From positions 1-45,148 of the forward strand of contig JAWAHS010000012.1 of assembly GCA_038889075.1 (NCBI GenBank): DNA of 45,148 nucleotides. Reading direction: 5' to 3'. Made by a program: the position numbers and the translations under genes. Source of the DNA: Ignisphaera sp. GTDB lineage: Archaea; Thermoproteota; Thermoprotei_A; Sulfolobales; Ignisphaeraceae. Shown one piece after another: positions 28,768 to 38,632 of this stretch (position 1 is its first letter; every line of letters begins with the position of its first letter). The notes under the pieces were generated by a model. It had not been told where the DNA came from, made no database searches, and saw only the letters and a list, made by a program, of their open reading frames with translations.

Positions 28768-29057
28768 CTACGACCACCATGTGTAATAGGTACTAGCAGA
28801 ATCTCATCGTCATCATCAACGTACAGTTCATCAAGGTTATCAAAAACATTGATATCGATGCCGTTAACTAGCACCATTAAATCGTAGCTAGGAGCACCAT
28901 CATCATTTATTACGCTACTCAGAGCTTTAAAGTTCCTCCTCAGCTCTTTTAATAGAAGTTTTAGAGAGGCTCTACCGCCTATTGGAATATCTATGGAGGC
29001 TGCCCCAACATCGGTCTTGAATCTCCCTAAAAACTTTATCTTAACTATACATTTCAC
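28764..29057 (-). CDS. Ubiquitin-like MoaD/ThiS (Urm1/SAMP) protein
   Basis: VKIKFLG…VLVNGIDI…DEILLVPITHGG beta-grasp pattern; ends GG-RS. Confidence 0.9.
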   Translation of the reverse strand: MKCIVKIKFLGRFKTDVGAASIDIPIGGRASLKLLLKELRRNFKALSSVINDDGAPSYDLMVLVNGIDINVFDNLDELYVDDDDEILLVPITHGGRS

Positions 29058-29279
29058 CTACATTTCCTCCTGCGTTTCTCCACCGGCTCTACTCTTTTGA
29101 ATCTTAACTAGATGAGTGATATATCCAGCTATCTGGTTTCGCAGCTTCTTTGAATTAACTGTGACAAACTTTCTAACCAGCTCCTTATTCTGTTGGAAAT
29201 CCTCTGAAAAGAGGTCTGGGTATGTGGATACCAATCTGCGTGCAGTTCTCTTAACTAATCCTATTCTCACCTTACCCAT
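29058..29279 (-). CDS. rps17e: 30S ribosomal protein S17e
   Basis: MGKVR…VKRTA…F..DF..NK…SKKLRNQIAGYIT. Confidence 0.97.
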   Translation of the reverse strand: MGKVRIGLVKRTARRLVSTYPDLFSEDFQQNKELVRKFVTVNSKKLRNQIAGYITHLVKIQKSRAGGETQEEM

Positions 29280-29474
29280 ACTATGGCCACCACATTACTC
29301 TAAAGTCATCTCATTCCTCTAGAACTTAAGATACAGAGTATATAAGGTATTCTGAATAACATAGCTAAGGTAGCTGTGCACTGCAATATCTAGGGCTTAA
29401 TGTAGAGAGCACCGGCGAAGATTTCATAAAAGCTTATATAGAACCTCTGCAGTTGAACCCAATTGGTGTAAGAT

Positions 29475-31142
29475 ATGGCTACACCACAGCAGCCAATGGC
29501 ATATGAACCAACAGGCATTCCGGTAATAATACTTAGAGAAGGTACATCAAGGAGTACTGGGAAGGATGCTCTCAGGGCAAATATGATGGCTGCTATGACC
29601 ATAGCTGAAATGATTAAAACCACATATGGACCGAAAGGAATGGATAAGATGCTTGTAGATGCGCTAGGAGATGTCACGATAACGAATGATGGTGCCACAA
29701 TACTTGATAAAATGGATGTTCAGCACCCTGCCGCTAAAATGCTTGTCCAGATAGCCAAGGGTCAGGATGAGGAGGCCGGGGATGGTACCAAGACAGCTGT
29801 AGTGTTTGCAGGAGAACTCCTTAAGAGAGCTGAAGATCTGATTGATAAAGGGCTGCATCCGACAACAATTATATCTGGGTATAAGAAGGCCCTAGAGTAC
29901 GCGATCCAGGTTGCTCATCAAATAGCTGATGATGTTAATGTAGAGGATCCATCATCAGATGCAATTCTAAGAAATGTTGTTGTATCAGCTCTTACAAGTA
30001 AGGCTGTGCACGGTGCTAGGGAGTATCTAGCAGATCTTGTTGTAAAGGCAGTTAGGCAGATAGCTGAAAAGAGAGGAGATAGATGGTATGTTGATATCGA
30101 TAATGTACAGGTTATAAAGAAGAAGGGTGCAAGCTTACTGGATAGTCAGCTTGTCTATGGTATTGTTCTTGATAAGGAGGTTGTGCATCCAGCAATGCCT
30201 AGAAGGGTTGAGAATGCAAGAATAGCACTCCTAGATGCACCACTAGAGATAGAAAAGCCGGAAATCGACGCAGAGATCAGAATCAGCGACCCAATGCAGA
30301 TGCGTAAATTCCTAGAAGAGAAAGAGAATATTCTTAGGGATATGGTTGAGAAGCTTGCTTCTGTTGGTGCTACGGTTGTTATATGTCAGAAGGGTATTGA
30401 TGATGTTGCTCAGCACTATCTTGCTAAAAAGGGTATTATGGCTGTTAGAAGGGTTAAGAGAAGCGATATGGAGAAGCTAGAGAGAGCAACAGGAGGAAGA
30501 ATAGTTAGCAACATCCAGGATTTGACTGAGAGGGATTTGGGTGTTTGTGAGGTTGTTGAGGAGAGGAAGGTTGGAGAAGATAAGATGGTGTTTGTAGAGA
30601 GGTGTAAGAATCCCAAATCGGTATCCCTTGTCCTTAGAGCTGGACTAGAGCGTCTGGTAGATGAAGCAGAGAGAAGTGCTAGAGATGCTCTAAGTGCAGC
30701 AGCCGATGTATTTAGATTACCCAAGATTGTATACGGTGCTGGAGCATTTGAAATGGAGCTAGCTAAGTATGTGAGAGAGTATGCTAATAAGATTGGTGGT
30801 AAAGAGGGTCTAGCGGTAGAAACCTTCGCAAAGGCTCTCGAAGGTATAGTAGAGACTCTAGTTACAAATGCTGGTCTCGACCCAGTAGATTTCCTAATGA
30901 AGCTAAGAGCAGAGCATATGAGCCCGAGTGGAAAGTGGGCAGGTGTAGACGTATTCTCAGGTAAGATTTTGGATGCTAAGAGTCTCGGCGTTATGGAGCC
31001 ACTCCTAGTAAAAATATCAGCGTTGAAGGCTGGCACAGAGGCAGCGACACTAATAATGAGAATAGATGACGTGATAGCGGCGTCAAGGAAGAGAGAGGAG
31101 GAGAAGAAGGAGGAGAAAAAGAGAGAAGAGGAAGAGAAGTAG
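29475..31142 (+). CDS. thsB: Thermosome subunit, probably beta
   Basis: [38 protein letters not shown] group II chaperonin motifs. Confidence 0.93.
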   Translation: MATPQQPMAYEPTGIPVIILREGTSRSTGKDALRANMMAAMTIAEMIKTTYGPKGMDKMLVDALGDVTITNDGATILDKMDVQHPAAKMLVQIAKGQDEEAGDGTKTAVVFAGELLKRAEDLIDKGLHPTTIISGYKKALEYAIQVAHQIADDVNVEDPSSDAILRNVVVSALTSKAVHGAREYLADLVVKAVRQIAEKRGDRWYVDIDNVQVIKKKGASLLDSQLVYGIVLDKEVVHPAMPRRVENARIALLDAPLEIEKPEIDAEIRISDPMQMRKFLEEKENILRDMVEKLASVGATVVICQKGIDDVAQHYLAKKGIMAVRRVKRSDMEKLERATGGRIVSNIQDLTERDLGVCEVVEERKVGEDKMVFVERCKNPKSVSLVLRAGLERLVDEAERSARDALSAAADVFRLPKIVYGAGAFEMELAKYVREYANKIGGKEGLAVETFAKALEGIVETLVTNAGLDPVDFLMKLRAEHMSPSGKWAGVDVFSGKILDAKSLGVMEPLLVKISALKAGTEAATLIMRIDDVIAASRKREEEKKEEKKREEEEK

Positions 31143-31146
31143 TATT

Positions 31147-32715
31147 CTAGAGTCTAGCTATTTTTATCAACACAGGTTCGGCAAACTCTGGCATTGAAAT
31201 TAAGGCTTCGCCTGGTTTTAGAGATGAAATCACTTTTTTATATTCACTTCTAAGTACTATAGTTGATAGAATAGCATCTACATCACTCGACGATTTTATT
31301 GTATGTATGATCTTTGTATTTGTATTTTTCAATATCATTGGAGCTAGCATAGATGGAGCCTGGGTTACCACTACAAAGCCTATGCCCCACTTCCTTACTT
31401 CTGCTATCAGATTCGAAATAGGATTGTCCGTGGAGAGGATGTTGTGAGCTTCATCAACTGCTACTAGAAGTGGCTTCTCTATACTATTGTACTGAGCCTT
31501 TAATGCTATGGATCTTATCAATAGCGATGCGAAGATTCTCTTAACCCTTACATTAGGAATTTCAGATACGTCGAATACATATATTCTGTTTCTAGCTATA
31601 GCGACCTTCTTTAGGCTATGCCACTTTATTTTAAGATAGTTTGCTGAAAGAGGCTTAAGCTTTCTGATTAGGGCCTCCCGCGATTCAGTAAACCATCTTG
31701 CAGTAGTTGGACTATTCTGCACAATCTCTATGATAGCATCAATTGTATCGATTGCGGAATTCCTTCTCTGGGAAGCTATACTAACAGCATCCTCTAGTAT
31801 ATGTGCTTGTGCAGGTGTTAGATCTAGAGAACTCTCTAGTATCTCTATAAATGCTAATGGCTCTACCCTTATCATCTCCTCCATATCCAGCGGTTCAAGA
31901 ATAGTACCTCTAACAGGATTTGTGTATACAACCATACTACTGTTGTTTATTAGAGATGTATACTCACCATGCCAATCGATAACAACAACACCATAGCTAT
32001 TTAGAGCCGCCTCCTGTACCAGTATCGATGCGGTTGTGGATTTTCCACTACCTGTTGACCCCACAATTGCTATGTGCCTTAGGATATGGTCATCGCTTAA
32101 CGCAACGGCTATATTTGGATTTGAGTACAAGTATCCGATTCGTATCCTACCTCTACTAAAGACCTCCAACAGATACTTGTACTCATCAGCATCTAGAGCC
32201 TTGAAGCGTGGTATAAGGGGTACTGGATGCTGTACAGGGGTAGCAGAATTGCCACTACTCCGTTTAAGATATTGGAGTATTCTGTTAATTGCACTTGATA
32301 CATTTAGGCACTGTAATACCATCCTTATGGTAGCATCAGAACTGATAATCTTGCATGTTATATTGCCTTGGCTAAGTGTTGTAATTAGAGAACACACTAT
32401 CTCTGGCTCTCTTCTAATACTATCTACATCACGAGATACTATAGCGATGTACGTAGCCAGCTGACTTGGTTCAACACATGTTAAAATAATGTAGGAAACA
32501 GTGCCGGATCTGGAGCTCAGAGTCTGGATAAATTCTAGTGTAAGCGTAGATAGTGCATCTTCATTCTCCAATTTCTGAATTGTTGAAATCTCTATGGTAG
32601 AGGTATAGATGGTGTGATTTCCTGGCAATATACTTAGGGCTACTACATGGTCATCGATACGCTCTACGAATAAACCGATACTCCTTCTACTACCAAGGAT
32701 ATTCAGTATATCCAA
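31147..32715 (-). CDS. HerA/FtsK-superfamily (DUF87) ATPase
   Basis: RHIAIVGSTGSGKS, IDWHGEY, VAVDEAHN, RKWGIGFVVVTQ. Confidence 0.9.
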   Translation of the reverse strand: MDILNILGSRRSIGLFVERIDDHVVALSILPGNHTIYTSTIEISTIQKLENEDALSTLTLEFIQTLSSRSGTVSYIILTCVEPSQLATYIAIVSRDVDSIRREPEIVCSLITTLSQGNITCKIISSDATIRMVLQCLNVSSAINRILQYLKRSSGNSATPVQHPVPLIPRFKALDADEYKYLLEVFSRGRIRIGYLYSNPNIAVALSDDHILRHIAIVGSTGSGKSTTASILVQEAALNSYGVVVIDWHGEYTSLINNSSMVVYTNPVRGTILEPLDMEEMIRVEPLAFIEILESSLDLTPAQAHILEDAVSIASQRRNSAIDTIDAIIEIVQNSPTTARWFTESREALIRKLKPLSANYLKIKWHSLKKVAIARNRIYVFDVSEIPNVRVKRIFASLLIRSIALKAQYNSIEKPLLVAVDEAHNILSTDNPISNLIAEVRKWGIGFVVVTQAPSMLAPMILKNTNTKIIHTIKSSSDVDAILSTIVLRSEYKKVISSLKPGEALISMPEFAEPVLIKIARL

Positions 32716-32773
32716 AAATCCCTACATAGTAAGGGAAATATATTATGTTATAGAGCCTTCCATAACAGATTAG

Positions 32774-33130
32774 CTACACACTTATCTTTATGTATACTTT
32801 ATCCATATAGTTGAAAAAGTCCGCTACAGCACTATTGCTTGTATCAATTACTACTAAATAGCCCCATATACTTACGTATATACGGGTGTTACCATCAGCA
32901 CCTCTCTTCGATATCACATATCCATGGGCTACCAAGTCCTTTCCTTCAACATATGTAGGTACCTCCCTATCTACCACTACCTCAGCTAAATCCCCTTCTT
33001 TAACAACATTTATGCTTCTATGGATATCCATCTGTATAGAGGTCTCACCGCAACTCATGTTAATAAGGTATATATTCGGTATCCTAGATTCACTCAATTT
33101 TATAACACGGCATTTCAGGGTTATGCCCAT
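32774..33130 (-). CDS. rpo8: DNA-directed RNA polymerase subunit Rpo8 (G)
   Basis: OB-fold pattern SRIPNIY…MDI…AHGYVI…VSIWGY…DKVYIKI; location opposite Lsm. Confidence 0.88.
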   Translation of the reverse strand: MGITLKCRVIKLSESRIPNIYLINMSCGETSIQMDIHRSINVVKEGDLAEVVVDREVPTYVEGKDLVAHGYVISKRGADGNTRIYVSIWGYLVVIDTSNSAVADFFNYMDKVYIKISV

Positions 33131-33457
33131 ATCTAGTCACACAGTAGCTGTATGCTCAAGGATAGTATGTAGATTCCGATTTCTAAACTTAAATTTTTTA
33201 GAGAATAAAACCGATTATAACCAAACGCTACATCTATGCAGATCTAGAAAACATAGTAATGCTAGAGTTTTTCTAAGGGAAATAACCATGAATAGAATAC
33301 GGCATCCCATCGACGTCGCGACTTTAAAAGCTCAGCCAAGGTATTTCTAATCGAATTGCAATGCGGAGGTCTGGAGTGGTAGGAATAGCACAATTTGTTC
33401 ATGTAAGATGAATACTTATTATTTGAGACATCGATATTCGTATCTAAGTGAGGGATT

Positions 33458-33898
33458 ATGAGCTATACATCTAGATCTTTAGCTGGTGAACTTGCTAGGC
33501 TAGTTGACAAGAAAGTACTAGTTAGGCTTGTAGATGGTAAGGTGTATACGGGAAGACTCATGTCATTTGATCAAGCTTCTCTACATATTGTTTTAAGCGA
33601 TGTTGAGGGCTCTGATGGTGGAAAATACCATAGGGTTATAATAAACGGTTCGAGGATTTCCGAGATACTAGTACAGGAGCAGCCAACCTTTAGCGCTGAG
33701 GAATTTGCTTCAATGGTTTCACTGAAGCTTGGTTTAAGAAGTGATGTGATAAAGATTCTCCCAGATGTAAATGCGGTTATTATATATGATAGAATAAGGG
33801 TTACAGAAGCAGGTGTAGAGGGTTCTGGTAGTCTAGCTCAAAAAATATATGAGATTTATACTGAGTATATGGAGAGTAAGAAGAAGGGTGCTAGGTAG
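33458..33898 (+). CDS. Sm-like (Lsm, SmAP3-type) RNA-binding protein
   Basis: Sm1 (VLVRLVDGKVYTGRL…HIVL) and Sm2 (VIINGSRISEI) motifs plus a C-terminal domain. Confidence 0.92.
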   Translation: MSYTSRSLAGELARLVDKKVLVRLVDGKVYTGRLMSFDQASLHIVLSDVEGSDGGKYHRVIINGSRISEILVQEQPTFSAEEFASMVSLKLGLRSDVIKILPDVNAVIIYDRIRVTEAGVEGSGSLAQKIYEIYTEYMESKKKGAR

Positions 33899-33900
33899 AG

Positions 33901-35446
33901 TTGTTTCGAGATAAAGGAGATAGATTTAGCGGGGCGCATAGGTAGAATATCAACCAGACACGGATATATAGAAACACCATATATTTTTCCTGTAGTGGAT
34001 CCCATTTTAAGAAATCAGTATGTATCTCTAGATGAAATTCTCAGCATAGGATTCAATGGAATAATAACCAACGCCTACATTCTTAAAAAGCACAGAGGTG
34101 CTGTAGGCGATATACATGGATACCTAAACTTCAGTGGTGTGGTAATGACGGATTCGGGTGCCTATCAAATTCTAAGATATGGTGATGTAGAGGTCGGTAA
34201 TAGGGAGATAGTGATGTATCAGTGTGAGGCTAAGAGTGATATAGGTGTGATTCTCGATATACCTACATCAGCTGGTGTTGATAGAGAAACCGCGCTAAGA
34301 AGTGCTGATGAAACCTATAGAAGGGCTGTGGAGGCACTAGATGTAGTGGAGAGCTGTAGAGATACTCTATGGACGCTTCCAATACAAGGTGGTACGTATC
34401 TCGATATTCTAGAACACTATGCAGAAAAATCTGTTGAGCTATTCTATAGCGGCTATAGCCTATACGCGCTCGGGAGTCCAACAACACTACTAGAACAGTA
34501 TGATCTCGACAAAATAATTGATATGATATTTACAGTAAGAAGTGTAATACCCTTTTCAGCACCGCTCCATCTATTTGGAGCAGGCCATCCACTAATAGTA
34601 CCATTTGCTGTAGCCCTCGGCATCGATACAATGGATTCTGCCAGCTACATACTGTATGCAAAGGATGGTAGATATATGACCAGTAAGGGTACTTATAGAT
34701 TAGAGGATCTAGGCTACTTTCCATGTACATGTCCATTATGTTCAAAGCATTCGCCAGAGGATATTCAGAGGATGCCAAGGAGTAAGAGAGTCGAATTTCT
34801 AGCACTTCACAATCTCTACACCATACTGAGGGAGTTCAGAGAGGTGAAGCAAGCAATAAGAGAGGGAAGGCTATGGGAGTATATAGAGGGTAAGGCAGGC
34901 AGCCATCCGGCTGCTCGTAGAGCATTTGAGCAGCTCAAGAAATATGCAGAGTTCATATATAGGCACTCTCCAATAGTAAAGCCAAATGCTAAGGCGGTGT
35001 TCATACTATCAAGGGATTCTGTATACAACCCCAGGATTATGGTTCCACGAAGGAGAGTTGTTGAAAGATTCAATCCAAAGACTAGGTGTATAGATTTGGT
35101 ACCATATACTAGAGGAAGGATACCATTAGGTAATAGGAGTAGGGGCTCTGAGTGTCTAAGCTATATATACTTCCCTATACTAGGTGTAGCCCCTCTACAG
35201 CTGGCTAACCGATATCCATATTCACAGTTCGAATTTGGTTTAGAAGTAGCGGACGATATTATCGACGATCTCTCCTATCTAGTTTTTGAAATACTATTGA
35301 AGGTAAGGAGAATAGGTAGCACAATCACGGTAAACATGTATGTATGTCAAGGTGAAGAGTGGCAGGAGAAACTCTACAGCAGATTACTCAGTTTAGCAAC
35401 AGGAGAAATCGATATAAAAATGGAATTGAAGACCATCAACTGCTAG
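33901..35446 (+). CDS. tgtA: tRNA-guanine(15) transglycosylase (archaeosine TGT), start apparently frameshifted
   Basis: ITNAY, MTDSGAYQ, PIQGG, HLFGAGHP, DTMDSASY, CTCPLC…H zinc site. Conserved FEIKEIDLAGRIG…ETP begins at 33905 with no in-frame start. Confidence 0.93.
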
Positions 35447-35481
35447 TAAAACAATATTTCCTACGAACGCTAAACCACCAT

Positions 35482-36219
35482 CTATGTATGCATAACGCTT
35501 TCCTTCTTTTCTGCTGATTGTTGAAGCTGCATACTCTGGATGAGTTTTTCCATCTCTTCAATCTTTTCAGCATAGCTTACAAGCTCAGAAATATCTATAT
35601 ATATGTTTAGAATTGATGATACTACCCTTATAGCTGATGCTGCTGCTCTGTGGTCGATACTCTCCGGCTCCGTATAGGGAAAGATTGCTAAAGCTGGTAT
35701 ACCATGTTCCTCAAGAGCTAGGAGTAGCGATGCTAATGGTCCAACGATATACGCCCCCTTCATAAAATATGGTGCATCTAGACTCCTTTTACTCCATTTA
35801 GTCTTTAACCATCGGAACTCCTCTTTATTTTCACGGAATCTAACATCTAAACCTCCAATGAGAAACACCTCCTCAACATTAAGCATCTTAACCACGTTCA
35901 CGAAAGCCTTAATGTAGCTTACCATAAATCTTCTATCAGGATTTACTCTATTTAATAGAGCCACCACTCCTATGTTATCAAGTTGCTTCATAAATATCTC
36001 ATGCGGTTTACTGAAACCGTAATCCTCTATAGATGTGAAATCGACAACCATTGGAGTCTCTATAAAGCCCACTAATTCCATACTAAGCTTTGAAACCGTG
36101 TACCTCGTTGCTAGATATCCAACAGCTCCATATCCATGGAACCCTGTTATAAGTACCGAGGCCGTTTTTAGTGAAGCAGGCTTTACTATATTTACCTTGT
36201 ATCTCTTCATGTCGTACAA
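35482..36219 (-). CDS. PAC2-family proteasome assembly chaperone
   Basis: LITGFHGYGAVGYLA, FLIGGLD, IVGPLASLL; clustered with PAN. Confidence 0.88.
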   Translation of the reverse strand: MYDMKRYKVNIVKPASLKTASVLITGFHGYGAVGYLATRYTVSKLSMELVGFIETPMVVDFTSIEDYGFSKPHEIFMKQLDNIGVVALLNRVNPDRRFMVSYIKAFVNVVKMLNVEEVFLIGGLDVRFRENKEEFRWLKTKWSKRSLDAPYFMKGAYIVGPLASLLLALEEHGIPALAIFPYTEPESIDHRAAASAIRVVSSILNIYIDISELVSYAEKIEEMEKLIQSMQLQQSAEKKESVMHT

Positions 36220-36704
36220 CCCTCACTATATTTTTCTCGTATTTGAACAGCAGCACCTCTCGTTGCTGTAATCATGCTCTCATAGTCTAGAAGTGCTCTA
36301 CCAACACCTATTAAGCTATCATTCTCATCGACAATCATCACCTCATCGTAGGGTTTTATGCGTGGATCACCAGAAATAATGTGTCTTGAAAATACTGTAT
36401 AGCTATTCAGTATATCCTCCACGAATTCATTCAACACAACGACTCTGTAGCGTGGATATGGAAGTACTTTGTGTAGATATCTAGCAAATATAATATGGGG
36501 TACGATCATGTAATCGGAGGCTCTAATTGTAGCAAATATTCTGCCACCATCATAGAGTATGCATCTCATTCTCTTGGTATTTTTTGAATAGCATACACGC
36601 AACAAATTTCTATCTATCTCACTAAATATTCTTGATGATTCTGATCCATACTGATAGACTACCAGCTTTTCTAGCATATCGAGCACCTCTTCATTCAATT
36701 CCAT
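36207..36704 (-). CDS. PUA-domain protein (stand-alone TGT C2/PUA module)
   Basis: YQYG…YSKNTKRMR…ATIRASD plus VFSRHI…DPRIKPYDEV…GVGRA PUA motif. Confidence 0.88.
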   Translation of the reverse strand: MELNEEVLDMLEKLVVYQYGSESSRIFSEIDRNLLRVCYSKNTKRMRCILYDGGRIFATIRASDYMIVPHIIFARYLHKVLPYPRYRVVVLNEFVEDILNSYTVFSRHIISGDPRIKPYDEVMIVDENDSLIGVGRALLDYESMITATRGAAVQIREKYSEGCTT

Positions 36705-36734
36705 ACACTCTAAATTGATCAGAAACGACCACCC

Positions 36735-37952
36735 TTACAGATGGTATCTATTGAATTCTTCTACATCTCTATTGGAAATCCTTGATGTGTAGAGGGATGT
36801 ATAGGGTCTATACCGCTCCTTCATCACCTTCCTTATAGCTTCTATGAAATCCTCTCTATAGACTATCTCTCTACCCATTCTTATCGCTCTTAACGCAGCC
36901 TCGGTACATATAGTCTTTATATCAGCACCTGTAGCACCCTCTGTAAGCCTGGATAGTTCAACTAAATCAACATCGCTGGATAGAGGCATTTTCCTTGTGT
37001 GTATCTTAAATATATCGTATCTTCCTCTTAGATTTGGAAGGGGAATCGCTATGATTCTATCAAATCTGCCAGGTCTTAGAATAGCTGGATCTAGAACATC
37101 TATTCTATTAGTAGTTGCCAATACCTTAACATTGTCGAGGGGATCGAAACCATCTAACTCCGCTAAAAGCTGTGTCAATGTTCTATGGATCTCCCTTTCA
37201 CCACTTGTACCAACATCAAGCCTCTTTGAGGCTATAGCGTCTATCTCATCTATTAATACGATAGATGGTGCTTTCCTTCTAGCCAAACTGAATATCTCCT
37301 TAACTACCCTTGCACCCTCGCCAATGAACTTCTGTGCCAGTTCGGAAGCAACAATTCTTATAAAGGTTGCATTAACCTCGTGCGCCACAGCCTTTGCTAA
37401 CAATGTTTTACCACAGCCCGGGGGGCCATATAGGAGTACACCTTTCGGAGGTTCTATACCTATAACCCGGAATATGTGTGTATTCTTTAGCGGAAGCTCA
37501 ACAGCCTCCCTCAACTCCAGTATCTGCTCATCTAAGCCACCTATATCACTGTAGGATACATTAGGTCTTTCGATAACCTCAAACGCCTTTACATACGGAT
37601 CCTCAATCCTAGGCAGAACCTCAACAATAGCTGAACCCCTCTGGTTCAACGCTACTGAAGCCCCTGGCTTCAGCAAATTCTTATCAATCGTCTCAAGTAT
37701 TTGAACAATAAGAATAGGTCCTGAGGAGCTTTTAACCAGAGCTCTACCATCGGGTAGAACCTCCAGTAATGTAGCCTCTATTAGCGGTGGCGCCATAAGT
37801 TTTTCAACTTGGGTCTTGTAGTACTCGAGTTCCTCTCTATACTTCTCTACGATCTCTCTTAGTAGCAGAATCTCCGATTCTTGCTCCTTGATCTTCAGAC
37901 CCGCTCTAGTGTATATATCTTCTACTTCTCCCTCGTTATCATCGATGCTCAT
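36735..37952 (-). CDS. pan: Proteasome-activating nucleotidase
   Basis: Coiled coil + [31 protein letters not shown]; C-terminal YHL. Confidence 0.95.
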   Translation of the reverse strand: MSIDDNEGEVEDIYTRAGLKIKEQESEILLLREIVEKYREELEYYKTQVEKLMAPPLIEATLLEVLPDGRALVKSSSGPILIVQILETIDKNLLKPGASVALNQRGSAIVEVLPRIEDPYVKAFEVIERPNVSYSDIGGLDEQILELREAVELPLKNTHIFRVIGIEPPKGVLLYGPPGCGKTLLAKAVAHEVNATFIRIVASELAQKFIGEGARVVKEIFSLARRKAPSIVLIDEIDAIASKRLDVGTSGEREIHRTLTQLLAELDGFDPLDNVKVLATTNRIDVLDPAILRPGRFDRIIAIPLPNLRGRYDIFKIHTRKMPLSSDVDLVELSRLTEGATGADIKTICTEAALRAIRMGREIVYREDFIEAIRKVMKERYRPYTSLYTSRISNRDVEEFNRYHL

Positions 37953-38048
37953 TTAGTACACCACTTATGTAAAACTTACAACGGTATAAAGCTAAAAACA
38001 GTTTTTCTCAAAAATACTACTAAGTCTGAGTAGCTAAGGTGGTTACAG

Positions 38049-38612
38049 ATAAAGGAGTTCATATACTGTGATATGTGTGGAGCACCTATTGAGAAGGGCA
38101 AGGAGCACCACGTAAGTATAGAGGGATCTACGCTTACAGTATGCAATAACTGCTTTTCACGTATAGAGTCTAGAGGTGGAAAGAAGCAACAGGATACTCA
38201 GCAGGGTACTGTAAAATCAAAATCTACAGGCTATCTACAGCATTCTCCAATGAGTAGACAGGTTAAACAGCAGCCGACACGGGGTGCGGTCTCTACCAAT
38301 AATCCAACTAGATCCACGGTTTCCCAGAATATGGAGCTTGTAGAGGATTATGCTGAAAGAATTCGCAGAGCTAGGGAGAAGCTGGGCTGGAGCCAGTCTA
38401 TACTGGCTGGTAGAGTAAAGGTGAGTGAAAATATTGTGAAGAGAATTGAGAGTGGTAAGCTTCGTCCAACTCTAGAACTTGCCAGAAAGCTTGAGGAGGT
38501 TCTCGGTATAAAGCTTCTTATGCCCTCCATTGAGGAGGAGCTTAAGCAGCAGAAGGTACAGAAATATGTAACCCTAGGCGAGATAGTTAACGTTAAAGTA
38601 GATGATAAGTAG
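38049..38612 (+). CDS. mbf1: Multiprotein bridging factor aMBF1
   Basis: Zinc ribbon YCDMCG…VCNNC plus HTH (IRRAREKLGWSQ…IESGKLRP) and TLGE. The first Cys lies upstream of ATG 38073; proposed start is ATA 38049. Confidence 0.92.
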   Translation: MKEFIYCDMCGAPIEKGKEHHVSIEGSTLTVCNNCFSRIESRGGKKQQDTQQGTVKSKSTGYLQHSPMSRQVKQQPTRGAVSTNNPTRSTVSQNMELVEDYAERIRRAREKLGWSQSILAGRVKVSENIVKRIESGKLRPTLELARKLEEVLGIKLLMPSIEEELKQQKVQKYVTLGEIVNVKVDDK

Positions 38613-38632
38613 TAGAGGGTAAGGTATACCGG

